A stretch of 64,000 nucleotides of DNA from Eledone cirrhosa (GCA_964016885.1 OZ024755.1:23994001-24058000), one strand, 5' to 3'. Shown: positions 11,971-24,909, counted from the first letter of the stretch. Notes: generated by a model not told the origin, from the sequence alone. A program made the numbers and translations.

Positions 11971-12018
<48 letters not shown>

Positions 12019-12104
12019 AAGGCAGACAGAAATAACAAAGCAAACATCATAGTACAATGAAGAAATATATTATTAGTTTTATGTTTGATATAGTAGGAAA
12101 AGAG

Positions 12105-12140
12105 TCTTAACGTTTCGGACACTAGTCCTTCATCAGAAAA
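12105..12140 (-). ncRNA. Predicted minimal type I hammerhead ribozyme (family H-B)
   Basis: Minus strand TTTT-CTGATGA-A-GGAC-TAGT-GTCC-GAAACGTT^AAGA; palindromic AACGTT in place of stem III; ~90 nt upstream of a (TA)n tract. Confidence 0.75.
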
Positions 12141-12672
12141 TAGAATGAGAAATTAAAGAAGAAAAAAAAAGATAGAGGAGAGTGGGCAGTGGTAGAAAAG
12201 GGAAAAAAATCTTAGAAAAAAACAGGTCTATTCAAGTTACCATCTCTCTATATATAACTCAGGGAACCAAAGTTAAATACATATATACGTATATGTGTCT
12301 GAAAGTTTACATTTATTGTTTGTTTATATCATGTAACTAACAGTAAATGTAAACAGTCAGACACATACATATATTTATATTTACTGTTTGTTTATATCAG
12401 GTAACTTAATAGCTTCACTAAAAAAGATTAATATGGATCAAGTTGAAAAAGTAAGTACTGGGCTTCATATAATCAACTAAATCCCTTCAAAGTTTTACTC
12501 CAGCATGGCCGCAGTCTAATGACTGAAACAAGGAATAGAGTAAAAGAATAAATAAAATGATTTCAACGCCTTAGTGAGGTGTTTATTATATCCTTAAGAC
12601 ATGCTAAATCATATAGCTCATTTAAGAAGAGGATACATCATTTTGCTTGGTTATGCATTATGATAATAATAG

Positions 12673-12850
12673 ATTTTAATTTTGGCAGCAGGTCAACAAT
12701 TTTGGGGGAATGGAAAGTCGATTATACTAACTCCAGTAATTTACTGGTACTTTAGTTTATCAACCTCGAAAGGATGAAAGGCAAGCTTGACGTCAACAGC
12801 ATTTGAACTCAAAACATGTCTGATGCTCAACCATTGCTGCCAATCCAACA
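12673..12850 (-). mobile_element. SINE-A-related divergent copy
   Basis: CTGGTACTTTAGTTTATCAACCTCGAAAGGATGAAAGGC..TTTGAACTC. Confidence 0.7.
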
Positions 12851-13324
12851 CCCTACACATTATGATAATAATGAGGATGATGATGATGATGATAATGTTT
12901 ATCATGATGACAATACCACCTTTCAGTTGTCGCTGTCACTGTCATTAGAATGTTTATCATTACTGGCATTATTACCATCAGCTTTTTTTATGACTATTCT
13001 TTGCATTAAGGCATATATTAGAACAATCTGCTTGGCTACATTTGGAACCAATCCAATTTCTAAAGAATACTCATATAGCATAATTCAGCCATGTTTTGTA
13101 TGCCATTTAAAGGTTGAGATCACCTCCTCCCCCAGAAGAAATGGAGGCAGTGGGAGTTTGGTTCCTTTGTGTTTGGACCAGGTATATATGTATATGTTTC
13201 ACAGACACACACTGAGGCAACTTACGTCTATATTATATACTTATCTCCAGGACCAGTATGATGTATTTACACTTGTTTACACATGCTTAAATGGCTTTGG
13301 TATTTCCCCTCCAGTACAGCACAT

Positions 13325-13640
13325 AGCCACAAGCTGCAGTCCTTTGCCATCACTTTTGTGAGGTTTAGCTTCATCAGATCAGTCTTTCTCACTTGTCTTC
13401 CTTGGCCTGGCCACCCTCTTCCACAGATTCCATCAACATTAAATACTCGCCACTTTTTTTTTCATACAATTGTAATCCTCCAGAGAACATTATATGGTAC
13501 AGGTATGCACATGCATATCTGTACCAGTATAATGTTCTCCTTTGAACACTACATCTGATTCTTCTTATATCCAGCTTTTCTCTCAGCTCATTTATACTAT
13601 GTCTTTCATGTATATTGATGTTACATATCCTGCAGTTTTG
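13325..13640 (-). mobile_element. RTE LINE 3' fragment
   Basis: Minus strand reads ..GICGRGWPGQGRQ.. (RGRP-like end); homologous to 31267-31705. Confidence 0.6.
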
Positions 13641-14286
13641 GTATGGTTTCTATGGCTGGATGATAGTCCTAACACTAGCCATTTCATAAGATGTACTATA
13701 TGTTTTATTGTGGCACCAGTAATTTGGAGGATGCTATCTTCTAGTTACAAATGAAATGCCCTTTGCATCCCTTTCCTAGTGCCAATCACTTTACAAACTG
13801 TAGTAGGTATATTTTTTAAAGCCACCAGCATGAGAGAGATTATCATATCCATGGCATAACTAAATAGTACTTTCAACTCTTTCAGCATAGTATCTGCAGC
13901 TGGATGCTCTTTATAACACCAACCACTTTACAGAGTGTACTGAGTGCATTTTACCATGTCACTATCACTAGGGAGGTTGTTGGTCATTGACTCAACTGAA
14001 GAACTTTAACATGTGGGCAGGGGTTGATACTTTGCCACAAAGCTATTGAGCTTGGGGTGTGATCTGAGATTACTTTCATTCATTTTCTTCCCCACATCAT
14101 CTTGCTGAAACCCCACCAAGCATCGTTTTAATAGGGAGATGTGAAGAAGAAAAGAAGTGGCGGTGATCTCAGAGAGGGTGGAGGTGTACAGGGATGATGA
14201 GAATAGTAACTAAAGAGTAATGGAGGAGTTGCATATAGATAAGCTGGAAGTCAAATCCACTTTATGGTTGTGGTACAGAGTGAGGT

Positions 14287-14703
14287 AATTCAAAAGACCA
14301 GAATGAGATAATTTTAAAAGACCAGAATAAGATAAATTTAAAATACCAGAATGAGATAAATTCAAAGGACCAGAATAAGATAAATTTAAAAGACCAGAAT
14401 AAGATAATTTTAAAAGACCAGAATGAGATAAATTCAAAAGACCAGAATGAGATAAATTCAAAAGACCAGAATGAGATAAATTTAAAAGACCAGAATGAGA
14501 TAAATTCAAAAGACCAGAATAAGATAATTTTAAAAGACTAGAATAAGATAAATTCAAAAGACCATGATGAGATAAATTTAAAAGACCAGAATGAGATAAA
14601 TTCAAAAGACCATGATGAGATAAATTTAAAAGACCATGATGAGATAAATTTAAAAGACCAGAATGAGATAAATTTAAAAGACCATGATGAGATAAATTTA
14701 AAA
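14287..14703. repeat. 24-bp minisatellite, ~17 copies (AAAAGACCAGAATGAGATAAATTY)
   Basis: Direct tandem repetition visible. Confidence 0.95.
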
Positions 14704-15142
14704 GTAAATTTCACAAATATATATTTCATACCTTGTTATGAAATTACTGAGATAAGCATATGTTTAGATAGATACAGGTGGTAAACAGAGATTATCTGAT
14801 ATCAGCATGCTAATATAATGCTAAGGAGATTACACTAAAAGAAAGATGCTGGGATTTACTATCAAATTTATATTGTCAAGATAGTGGAAAGATGTGAATA
14901 AATTTGAAAGATACAGAGGCATAAATAAGAATAAAATCCTATCTTATCAGATGTAAATATAGAAGATATTTTATCATGTTAAGAGAATATCTATTAACAC
15001 TTTTTATTAATGTATAATGCCTATTGAAATTATTTTTATGATTTTTTTTTTTACTGGTTCTGTTCATTGGACTGTGGCCATACTGAGGTATGACTTTCAT
15101 ATCATCACCTAGTGTATATATAAAACTTTCTCTCTCTCTGTC

Positions 15143-15266
15143 TATGTGTGTGTGTGTGTCTGTGTGCGTGTCTGTGTGTGTGTCTGTGTGCGTGTCTGTG
15201 TGCGTGTGTGTGTGCGTGTGTGTGTGCGTGTGTGTCTGTCTGTGTGTGTGTGCGCACGCATGTATG

Positions 15267-15312
<46 letters not shown>
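15143..15312. repeat. (GT)n/(TA)n microsatellite
   Basis: Direct observation. Confidence 0.95.
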
Positions 15313-15317
<5 letters not shown>

Positions 15318-15659
15318 AATTTCTGCAATGTGCATTATCAAATTCTACTCACAACATGTCAATGGACATGTGGGGAAGTACCAAGACAGATTCTATGGAA
15401 TTCATGGCAGCTATGGTTATGGCCTAAGAAATGACAAGGGATTGAAGCTAGCTCCTGGCATTCTGTAATGAACTAACCGTTTGCAACACAAATTTCAGGA
15501 AACCAGCCAACCACCTGATCCCATATCAATCAGTCAAACACACAAGCCAAATTGATTATTTACTTATAAGAGGAGATAAACAGACTGTAATAAACACTAA
15601 GGAAGAATGCACTGCTCAACATAAGTTAGTTATTAGCAACATCAAGACAGAACAAGATA

Positions 15660-16298
15660 TGCAGGAAAATATGGAGATAGAGGGTTTGGAAGCTAAAGGA
15701 CCTCTCGGTTAAATATAAGTTTAGAAAGGCCCTACAGGATGTAGTAGATGAGAAGGGTGATGAGCTAGGCACACATAACATAGAGGACAACCGGAAATTC
15801 CGACATGACAACCTTTTTCAAACTACTGATATGACTTGTGGCTGGAGTAAAGCACCAGACAGACAGAGGGTGACCTGGTTGTGGAACAGCATAGTGGACA
15901 GAGCAACTAAAGCCAAGAGATAGGCATGGAAAGGCTGGAAAAATGGGGGTAGCAGAGACTAGTACCAGGTACAGAGAAGCTAGATGACAAGTATACAGTG
16001 CTCAGAGAGAGGCTGAAAAAAGAAAGTTTACCAATATCTTGAAAGGTGAGAACCAGAGACATCAAGTGTTTCACATTGCATGGCAGTGTATTAGTGTAAA
16101 TCGAGATGTTGCTGGGCAAAAATATGTTAGAAATGATACTGGTGCATTTAGCACCACTAATGCTCAAAAGAAAGAGGCCTGAAAATGTTTCTATGAGAGA
16201 CTGATGAATGTAGAGAATGAATAGGAGGAGGAGAAACTACCCCCAACTTGCCCAAAAGAAAGATCAGCTGTTGAAGTTGACAGGTATAAGGTCAAAGA
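15660..16298 (+). mobile_element. RTE LINE ORF fragment (endonuclease-RT linker), decayed
   Basis: Translates VWKLKD..CGWSKAPDRQRVTWLWNSIVDRATKAKR*AWKGWK, with stops. Confidence 0.75.
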
Positions 16299-16299
16299 A

Positions 16300-17040
16300 G
16301 TGATGACACCTTTCCAGTTCTACAAGATGCTCAGCAGAGCCTTGCAAAGGTGGAGGCTTGCCTTAGCTTGCTATTGTTGTGCACTCACTTTATCATGCCA
16401 CGGTCGCTTGTGCTTGATATTTTCATCACGACAATGGAACGTAACCAGTTGGTTGCACGATGATAGGAGAACAGAGAAGTCACAGCTGCCCCCCCCCCCC
16501 CCCCCAACATTCCCAATTATGGTAAGTCAGATTGTAGCCCCCCCCCCCCCATTTGTCCAGCTTCACCTTCTGTATTGCATGCAAGTGATTAAGGATGGTT
16601 GTTATTGATGCCCAAAGCACTTCGGAGAGTTGATGTGATGTCTGGCATGGGTCAGCTTCTACCAGCTCAAGCAATTGAAGTCAGATAGACATCCTGCATG
16701 AGGTAGTTCTTCAAGGCAGTAATCATCAGAATGGAAGTGTGTGAACCAATCCCTGGCATTGCATTCATACATGTTGTGAGACTGAAATGCATGGTTAATG
16801 CAATGTGTTGCTGCGTTTTGGCCAGATTTGCAGTCAAAGTAAACTGCCACAAATAAATGATTTGGATGGATCAATGCTGCTTCCTCTTTGACAGCATAAT
16901 AGAAAATGAGAAATGCACATAGTGCATACCAACGTTACTTCTTATATATGTACCCATGTACAACCTTCAACAGTTCCAGAAAACACTATCAAAATACCTC
17001 CTTTAGTAAAATGGCAGTAACTTTCTGTTCAACAAAATGA
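16300..17040 (-). mobile_element. Mariner (Tc1/mariner) transposase pseudogene, 5' half with degenerate TIR
   Basis: HTH-region motifs NARDWFTHFHSDDYCLEE, LVEADPCQTSHQLSEVL..ILNHLHAIQKVKLDKW, and LHLCKALLSIL*NWKGVI; TIR-like sequence at ~17012-17039. Confidence 0.8.
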
Positions 17041-17294
17041 TATACATAGTGATGTCTACATTATAATCAATGGAAGCAACCGAGATCAATGAAATATAGA
17101 TAGTTTGGTTATTGCAACATGTGCAGCTGTTCAAACAGCTATGTACTGATATGCATCTGAGTCAGTTATATAATGTTACGAATAATTTGATTGCAAATGC
17201 AGCAATGAATTATTTTTAAAGACAGCAACATGACAGGTGTGGCAGTTGCAAAGACAACCAAGGTGAAGTTAGAAGAATTGATGAAAATAGAAAT

Positions 17295-17400
17295 AATTGT
17301 TTCTACTTTTGGCACAAGGCCAGCAATTATCCCAGTGCATTACTGGTATTTTATTTTATCGACCCCATAAGGATGAAAGGCAAAGTTAACCCCGGCGGGA
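17295..17400 (-). mobile_element. SINE-A, 5'-truncated, with 18-bp TSD
   Basis: Flanked by GATGAAAATAGAAATAAT on both sides. Confidence 0.9.
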
Positions 17401-17471
17401 TGAAAATAGAAATAATAACAGACAACGACCATGATTAATGGAACAATAAGAAGAATGAGGAAAATGTTAAT

Positions 17472-17654
17472 AATTGTTTCTACTTTTTGGCACAAGGCCA
17501 GCAATTACCCAGTACATTACTGGTACTTTATTTTATCGACCCCGTAAGGATGAAAGGCAAAGTTAACCTCGGCGGGATTTGAACTCAGACCGTAAAGAGA
17601 CGTAACTATGCTGGAAAGCATGGCGTCCGACTCTCTACCGATACTGCCAATTCA
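17472..17654 (-). mobile_element. SINE-A
   Basis: Consensus match. Confidence 0.9.
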
Positions 17655-18252
17655 AATGATGAGAATAGTATCAATACTTAATTCATATTTTAGCACAAGG
17701 TTAAGAGATTTGTAGGGGTGCCATAGTGATAAATGGCACTTCTTAGGCCCATCCCTCTCCATGTCTGAACACAGCTAATTTATTCCAGAGAAGAAGAGAG
17801 AGTGATAGAGAGGAAGTGTGGAAGAGATATAGAGGAAGAACCAACCCTAATATTGGACAGATATTTTATTTATCAACTTTAAATGAATGAAAGGCAAAGT
17901 TGACCTAGGTGGATTTGAACTCTGAATACAAAGAGTCAGAATGATTATCACAAAGTATTCTATGTACTAATGTTAGTACTTGCCAGCTATAGATAAATAT
18001 TACAGGTTTGTAGTTGATAATATTAAAAACACAGTTCACCAAATACTAAAACAATACTAAATCAACTATTTTGATATTTAACACTTCATTGAAAGCGTTT
18101 TGAGAGTGCAATAGAATTATTTTTTTATCAACAAAACCAAATATAGATGCTGAAACTTTGTTGCTAGGATCATAAGAATTATTTTTTACTATTCAACATT
18201 TGGTATAATGTAACCACTGTATTTGTCTGTTATTATAATGATTTCTTTATTA

Positions 18253-18442
18253 GGGCAGGGGATTGGCAGTATCGGTAGAGGGTCGGACGCCATGCTTTGA
18301 AGCATAGAGTTACACCCTTTATAGTCTGAGTTCAAATCCCGCTGAGGTTCACTTTACCTTTCATCCTTACGGGGTCGATAAAATAAAGTACCAGTAATGC
18401 ACTGGGATAATTGCTGACCTTGTGCCAAAAGTGGAAACAATT
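18253..18442 (+). mobile_element. SINE-A
   Basis: Consensus match. Confidence 0.9.
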
Positions 18443-18446
18443 ATAA

Positions 18447-18850
18447 GGATTTCTTTATTAGCCACACAAGGCTCACAGTAAGGAAACAAAGACAATACAG
18501 GACAATACGGTGTGGGTTTTTCTTTGAGTAAAATAAAATTTATAAAAAAGACTAAGAAAATAAACATTTAAAACAAATATAACTTCCCCAAAGGTGAGGA
18601 GACTCTAAGGGTCACTCGTGTAGAAAACCCACAAAAGCTATGGTCACTCTATCCGCTAGGGCAAAGTGCCCTCTCCCAGTCTTTCTACTCCAATCTACAG
18701 GCGTATGCTCAAGGCAAGTACATTCACACAGACTATGCTCGCCACTCACACCCACCTTTCAACAAACTGATTGGAAGATAGCATTTCCCTCTCCACCTTG
18801 ATTTTCTACTTCAAGTGAAATACCAGGGAATATCTTTGTTGAAATAATCT
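18447..18850 (-). mobile_element. Tx1/L1-type LINE 3' end
   Basis: Minus strand FHLK*KIKVEREMLSSNQFVERW, then a UTR ending CTAATAAAGAAAT. Confidence 0.6.
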
Positions 18851-18865
18851 TTGGCATATATATAT

Positions 18866-19277
<412 letters not shown>

Positions 19278-19674
19278 CTGTGTGTAAATATGCTTGGGAA
19301 TTATATTCCATTTACTTTTTAATGTATTATATATGCTGGCATAGATTGTAAACATTTGAAAATTTAGAAGTTTTGCTACTTTATGCAATTAAAAAGGACA
19401 TTACAGTAGATTAAAGATGATATTTTAAAGTCCAATGAGACATTAAAATGAATTGTTCAGAAATATATTCTATTTGAAAGGGAGAAGTATATTAAAAAAA
19501 AAGTAGACTTTATATTAGATTTAATAAGATACTAAATAATTTCATTTTGTTTTCACTCTCTTCATATTCAAATTATGAGATTCTATTTGTATTATACACT
19601 TCACACAGAGCACTCCTCTCAGCATTTTCATCTATACCGTTTGTTTACATATATAATCAGCCAGCACATAATTC

Positions 19675-19874
19675 NNNNNNNNNNNNNNNNNNNNNNNNNN
19701 NNNNNNNNNNNNNNNNNNNNNNNNNNNNNNNNNNNNNNNNNNNNNNNNNNNNNNNNNNNNNNNNNNNNNNNNNNNNNNNNNNNNNNNNNNNNNNNNNNNN
19801 NNNNNNNNNNNNNNNNNNNNNNNNNNNNNNNNNNNNNNNNNNNNNNNNNNNNNNNNNNNNNNNNNNNNNNNNNN
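19675..19874. other. Assembly gap (200 N)
   Basis: Run of n characters. Confidence 1.
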
Positions 19875-20424
19875 CAGGGCAACAGACAAAACACTGGAAA
19901 TATCACACATGACATGACACTTCTCTATTGTTTTCTACTTCAAGATCAACAAAGAGTCTTTTGAAGAAAATTGTGTTCAAATTTCTAGATATTAGAGTGG
20001 AACCATAGTATGGAAATAGCTACTGGCATTTCTATCTTTATATATATATATATATATGTCTGTTTATATATATATATACATAATATAGAAATGAAAATAG
20101 CTACTGTCAACTCTCTCTCTATATATATACACACACACACACAAATATATGTGTAGAGGCATGTATAGATATGTATATCTATGCACACATATATGCAAAG
20201 CTGCTTAACTAAGCTCATGCTTTCTTCTCTTGTATGTTTGTGTGTGTATGTATGTGTATACTATTTTTAATCATCACCATTCCACAAACACAACAGCAGA
20301 TGTTATGCAAAGTGAGACTAGCTACTCTCATACATACTAATACACAATCAAAGTAAATAAAATTGGTTCATGTAAATTAAAGGAATTGGAGTAGCTTGAA
20401 TGTAAGCTAATAATGTTTTTTTTT

Positions 20425-20628
20425 ATATAGGTACAAGGCCAACAATTTTGGGGAAGGGGAAATTCGATTAAATCGACCCCAGTGCGTGACTGGTACTTTA
20501 TTTTAACGACCCCGTAAGGATGAAAGGCAAAACTAACCTCAGCGGGATTTGAACTCAGAGCATAAAGCATCGTAACTATATGCTCAAAGCATGTTGTCCG
20601 ACACTCTACCAATATTGCCAAACCACCA
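20425..20628 (-). mobile_element. SINE-A variant (long tail with GGGGTCGATTTAATCGA)
   Basis: Consensus body plus a tail insert also seen at 23515-23686 and 61550-61735. Confidence 0.85.
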
Positions 20629-21376
20629 AGAGCAGGAAACAAGTCTTGAGGAAATTATGTTACTAAATTACCGATTATGTATAAAACATATGGTACTATA
20701 TATGAATTTAGAGAGTTATTGACCCCATGTTTAGATATTATCACTGTATTATAAAAACAAACATAAAGTATCTTCGTTATAGCTATTATTTTAAAGAATT
20801 TGTTGGCTTTACTAACATTAAAAAAAAGCTTTTATCTTCAACAAATTATCTGTGTGTTGAAAACATTAAAACCTTGCATGGAAATGGAAAAGGATACTTT
20901 GAGATAATGGAAACAAAATATATATTGCTGTTTTGTAACATTCCTATCATCAGCCATTGTTTAATGAATATAAAGAGAATGACTATCTGTTGAAGAAAAC
21001 TTTAACAGATAAGTTCATCTAAAATCAACAGTGGTTACAGTATGACCTGGAAGCATATTATATCTAAAGGTTGAAGACAATAGGGTGAAGAAATCTGTTG
21101 GAAATAACTAAAGCTCAGTTTCTTGGCATCTAGCCATAGAATATTTCTTCTTTTCATCAGTTTGCAACTATCAGGTAGAATATAGCAATAAGAAACCTTT
21201 ATGTCTTTTGGAAGGTTTTTTTTATGCACAGCTGCTCTATGTCATTAATAGATACCAAAATAAGGAGGAGTGATGGAAAATCTTTACAGCTAATTAACAT
21301 TGAACCTGACTTTTCAGTTCTTTTTTTAAATCCTGACACTTTACTGAAAGGGGTATGCTAGTCATAACAACAGGTT

Positions 21377-21594
21377 TTAACCCTTTAGCATTTACATTAC
21401 TCTATATATTTACTATTGTATTTTCACAGTAAAGGCTTTATCTAACATAATATCGAATCTATGAGATTTTGATATTATTTATTTTGAGAATAGTACCATT
21501 ACATCAGTCTGAGTGGCCAGTCACAGCCGGTTTGAACAGACAGAGATGAGAGAATTCTGGCTGGATATGGCTGGTTTAAATGCTAAAGGGTTAA
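21377..21594 (-). mobile_element. piggyBac-type MITE P1, both TIRs perfect
   Basis: TTAA-CCCTTTAGCATTTA ... TAAATGCTAAAGGG-TTAA. Confidence 0.9.
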
Positions 21595-21802
21595 ACACTG
21601 ACACTTTATTGAAAGGGTTTTGCTAGTCATAACAACAGGATTTAAAGCAATGAATAGCTTGATGAATAATTCTCAAGGTCAAACTATTTTAGGTTTAAGA
21701 TTGGAATAAATAACAAAAGACAAAAGGTCTTTTAGTTGAAATTTTCAATTCATAGTTTCAAAAATGAGGAGTATCTGAGAAATAGATGATCTTTACGATG
21801 GT

Positions 21803-21970
21803 TTCTTATTTAGGCATAAGGCCAACAATTTTGGGGAGGGGAAAGTTGATTAAATAAATCCCAGTGCATTACTAGTACTTTATTTTATCTACCTCCATAA
21901 GGATGAAAAGCAAAGCTAACCTTGGCAGGATTTGAACACAGAGCATAAAGAGACATAACTCTATGCTACA
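21803..21970 (-). mobile_element. SINE-A variant
   Basis: Divergent consensus match. Confidence 0.8.
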
Positions 21971-22112
21971 AAACGCTCAACCGATATAATGCAAATTATA
22001 TATCACAGCTTGGAAAATGATTATCTCCATGAAAGAAATAAAAACTTGTTTTATTTTATTCTTAATTTTCCAACTTTCCAACTGTGTTGCAGATACTGTA
22101 AACTACATTCAT

Positions 22113-22337
22113 TTAACCCTTTAGCATTTAAACCAGCCATATCCGGCCAAAATTCTCTCAACCCTTTCTGTTCAAACCGGCAGTAACTGGCCGCTCATAC
22201 CTACATTAACGTATTGTTCTCAAAATAAATATCAAAATCTCATCGATTCAATATTATGTGAGATAATTATGTAAGATAAAGCCTTTACCACAAAATACTA
22301 TAGTAAATATAGAGTAATGTAAATGGTAAAGGATTAA
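22113..22337 (+). mobile_element. piggyBac-type MITE P1
   Basis: TTAA flanks and TIRs. Confidence 0.9.
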
Positions 22338-22483
22338 GTTTTTTCTCAGTAATAAAGGACTACTATATTCCTCTTATGTAGTTTGTACTGAGCTATACTA
22401 AATACTGTATTAATTGATATCATTTTTAGATCAGCAATTTTTACAATATTATCGATTTTTTGGTGGGGAAAAAAACATCAAAG

Positions 22484-22745
22484 ATGAGCTTGGCTGCTTT
22501 AGCTTGTGAAACCAGCTGGATCAGTTGGAGAAAGTTGCTTCTGACAGGACCCACTGTTTGATGATTCTCTCCAAAAGACCCTCTCAGGAATAAGTGGGTG
22601 GAGAAGGCAAAGAAGAAGAAGAAGAAGAAGGCAAAGGCAAAGAAGAAGAAGAAGAAGGCAAAGAAGAAGAAGAAGGCAAAGGCAAAGAAGAAAAAGGCGA
22701 AGGCGAAGGCGAAGAAGAAGACGAAGGAGGAGGAGAAGGAAAGAT
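22484..22745 (+). mobile_element. RTE (Rex3-like) LINE 3' end with expanded (GAA)n tail
   Basis: GACCCTCTCAGGAATAAGTGGG terminus shared with the 24087 and 59020 copies; tail 22601-22745 explains the Glu/Gly and Phe ORFs. Confidence 0.8.
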
Positions 22746-23313
22746 AAGAAAGGCATCCACTATAGAAACCAAAGCCAAAACAGAACATCTGAGAGACATG
22801 ACCGTTAATATTTCATGTTTGATGATGTATAGTCCATACATCTGTATATCAGAAAATGCATTACACAAGTGTGTTGATTGCACATAGATAGGTGCCCCAG
22901 CATGTCTAGCCTCTCGGCTGGAACACATAATAGAGAGTATATGTGGATTCAGCCCAGAAAGTTAATTGATCGTAATATGGAACATCAAGGCAGAGAATGT
23001 GTTTGTTTGTATTTTGCATGAAGATCTCTGATTTTAAGTTTAAGACATTGGATTTTAATTAATGATCTCTGCACATTGCGTGAAGTGACTCATTCTGATG
23101 TAATATGGAGCTTGTGTGACTACAGACACTCCATTTGGTTTGGAACATCGTTTTACTGTCCTTGGGGTTCCAAATTAGATCGGCCAGCCACGTGTTGGAG
23201 TGATTATTCCTGTTGTTAAAGGAGCTTTTATGATTATAATGCACATCACTTATGAATATACATAATGATGTTATATTGATATTTCGTTCCTGCTCCTTAT
23301 CATTATTATTATT

Positions 23314-23683
23314 GGATTGGCAGTATTGGTAGAGGGTCAGACGCTATGCTTTGCAGCACAGAGTTACACCCCTTTATGATCTGAGTTCAAATCCCACCAA
23401 GGTTAACTTTGCCTTTCATCCTTATGGGGTCGATAAAATAAAGTACCAGTAATGTACTGAGTAATTGCTGGCTTTGTGCCTAAAGTAGAAACAATTATTA
23501 TTATTATTATTATTTTGGCTGTATTCGTAGCGCATCAGACACTCTGTTTTGCAGCATAGAGCTATGTCCCTTTACGTTCTGAATTCAAATCCGGCTGAGG
23601 TTAGCTTTGCCTTTCCTTTTTACAGGGTCGATTTAATCGACTTTCCCTCTCCCAAAATTGTTGACCTTGTGCCTAAATCAGAA

Positions 23684-23714
<31 letters not shown>

Positions 23715-23902
23715 GGACGGTGAATTAGCAGTATCGGTAGAGGGTTGGACACCATGCTTTCTAGCATAGTTACCTCCCTTTACAGTCCGATTTCAAATCC
23801 CGCTGAGGTTAACTTTGCCTTCCATCCTTACGGGGTCGATAAAATAAAGTACCAGTAACGCACTGGGTAATTGCTGGCCTTGTGCCAAAAGTAGAAACAA
23901 TT
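23314..23902 (+). mobile_element. Three adjacent same-strand SINE-A copies separated by (ATT)n
   Basis: Copies at 23314-23496, ~23515-23686 and 23715-23902. Confidence 0.9.
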
Positions 23903-24086
23903 ATTATTATTGTGTGTGTGTGTGTGTGTACACACACACATATATAGTATTTATACCTGTGTGGTTAAGAATTTTGCTTTGCAACCATATGGTTTTATAA
24001 TAAATAGAAAGATTGTGAATTTAAAAGTGAACATGGAATTCTGTTCTACTATCTCATAATATTTGCCAAATTCTATAAATAGTTCT

Positions 24087-24365
24087 ACTTCTTCGCCCAC
24101 TTATTCCTGAGAGGGTCGTGGGGGTAGGGTCCTCAGATTCTCCTTCCAGCAATTCCTGTCAGAAGCAACCTTTTCCAACTGATCCAGCTAGATCCCCAAG
24201 CGAGACCAGCCAAACACACGGATGTTACCCAACCATCTTGCTTGGGGTCTACCCTGGGGTCTCCCGCTGGTTGGTTTTGCCTGTAAAATCTGTCCAGCGA
24301 TTCTTTCCTGAGACATTCTCACCAGATGCCCATAGTATCAGAGCTGTGATCTCTCAATTCAGAGA
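24087..24365 (-). mobile_element. RTE (Rex3-like) LINE 3' end
   Basis: Minus strand RPQGRPQARWLGN; reverse complement of 59200-59450. Confidence 0.8.
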
Positions 24366-24781
24366 AAAAAATAGTGTGAAAAGGAAAATATATTAGCACA
24401 TGTTTCTGAGCTATTATATAAAGCTTTCTTTTATTTCTTTCATAGATTTCATTGTTTGATTCTTCTGTTAATTTAAATTAGAAATTAATTCAGTAGATCT
24501 TTCAACTGAATTATGCAGTTTTATTTTAAATTATTCTCTCTCCTTTTCAATTTATCTCTTTATTTACGTGCCTGTATGTGCTTGTGCATATAAATATGCA
24601 TATAAATATGCATATATATATATACACATGCACCTGTGCATACACAGGTCTGTATTTATATATATATATACGCACGTGCACACACACACACACATATGTA
24701 TGTGTATATATATATACACGCACATGCACACACACACACATATATATGTGTGTATGTATATATATATATATATATATATAT

Positions 24782-24909
24782 AGTTTTAATATAGATGAGA
24801 TTCTACAGGACTAGAACTGTTTCATTCTTTAGAAATCATCAGGAATTCCTGATGATTTCTAAAGAATGAAACAGTTCTAGTCCTGTAGAATCTCATCTAT
24901 ATTAAAACT
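24782..24909. repeat. Perfect 128-bp palindrome, no spacer (centre GGAATTCC)
   Basis: Left arm 24782-24845 is the exact reverse complement of 24846-24909; each arm carries CTGATGA-TTTCT-AA-AGAAT-GAAAC. Confidence 0.95.

Noticed and set aside
12816-13361. 181-aa ORF
   Set aside because: Chimeric: begins in a SINE, crosses a (GAT)n tract and ends in an antisense LINE fragment.
14287-14703. CRISPR-like array
   Set aside because: Contiguous tandem units without unique spacers; eukaryotic context with no cas genes. The same applies to 48821-49092 and 34558-34800.
19547-19964. ORFs spanning the N run
   Set aside because: Artefacts of the assembly gap.
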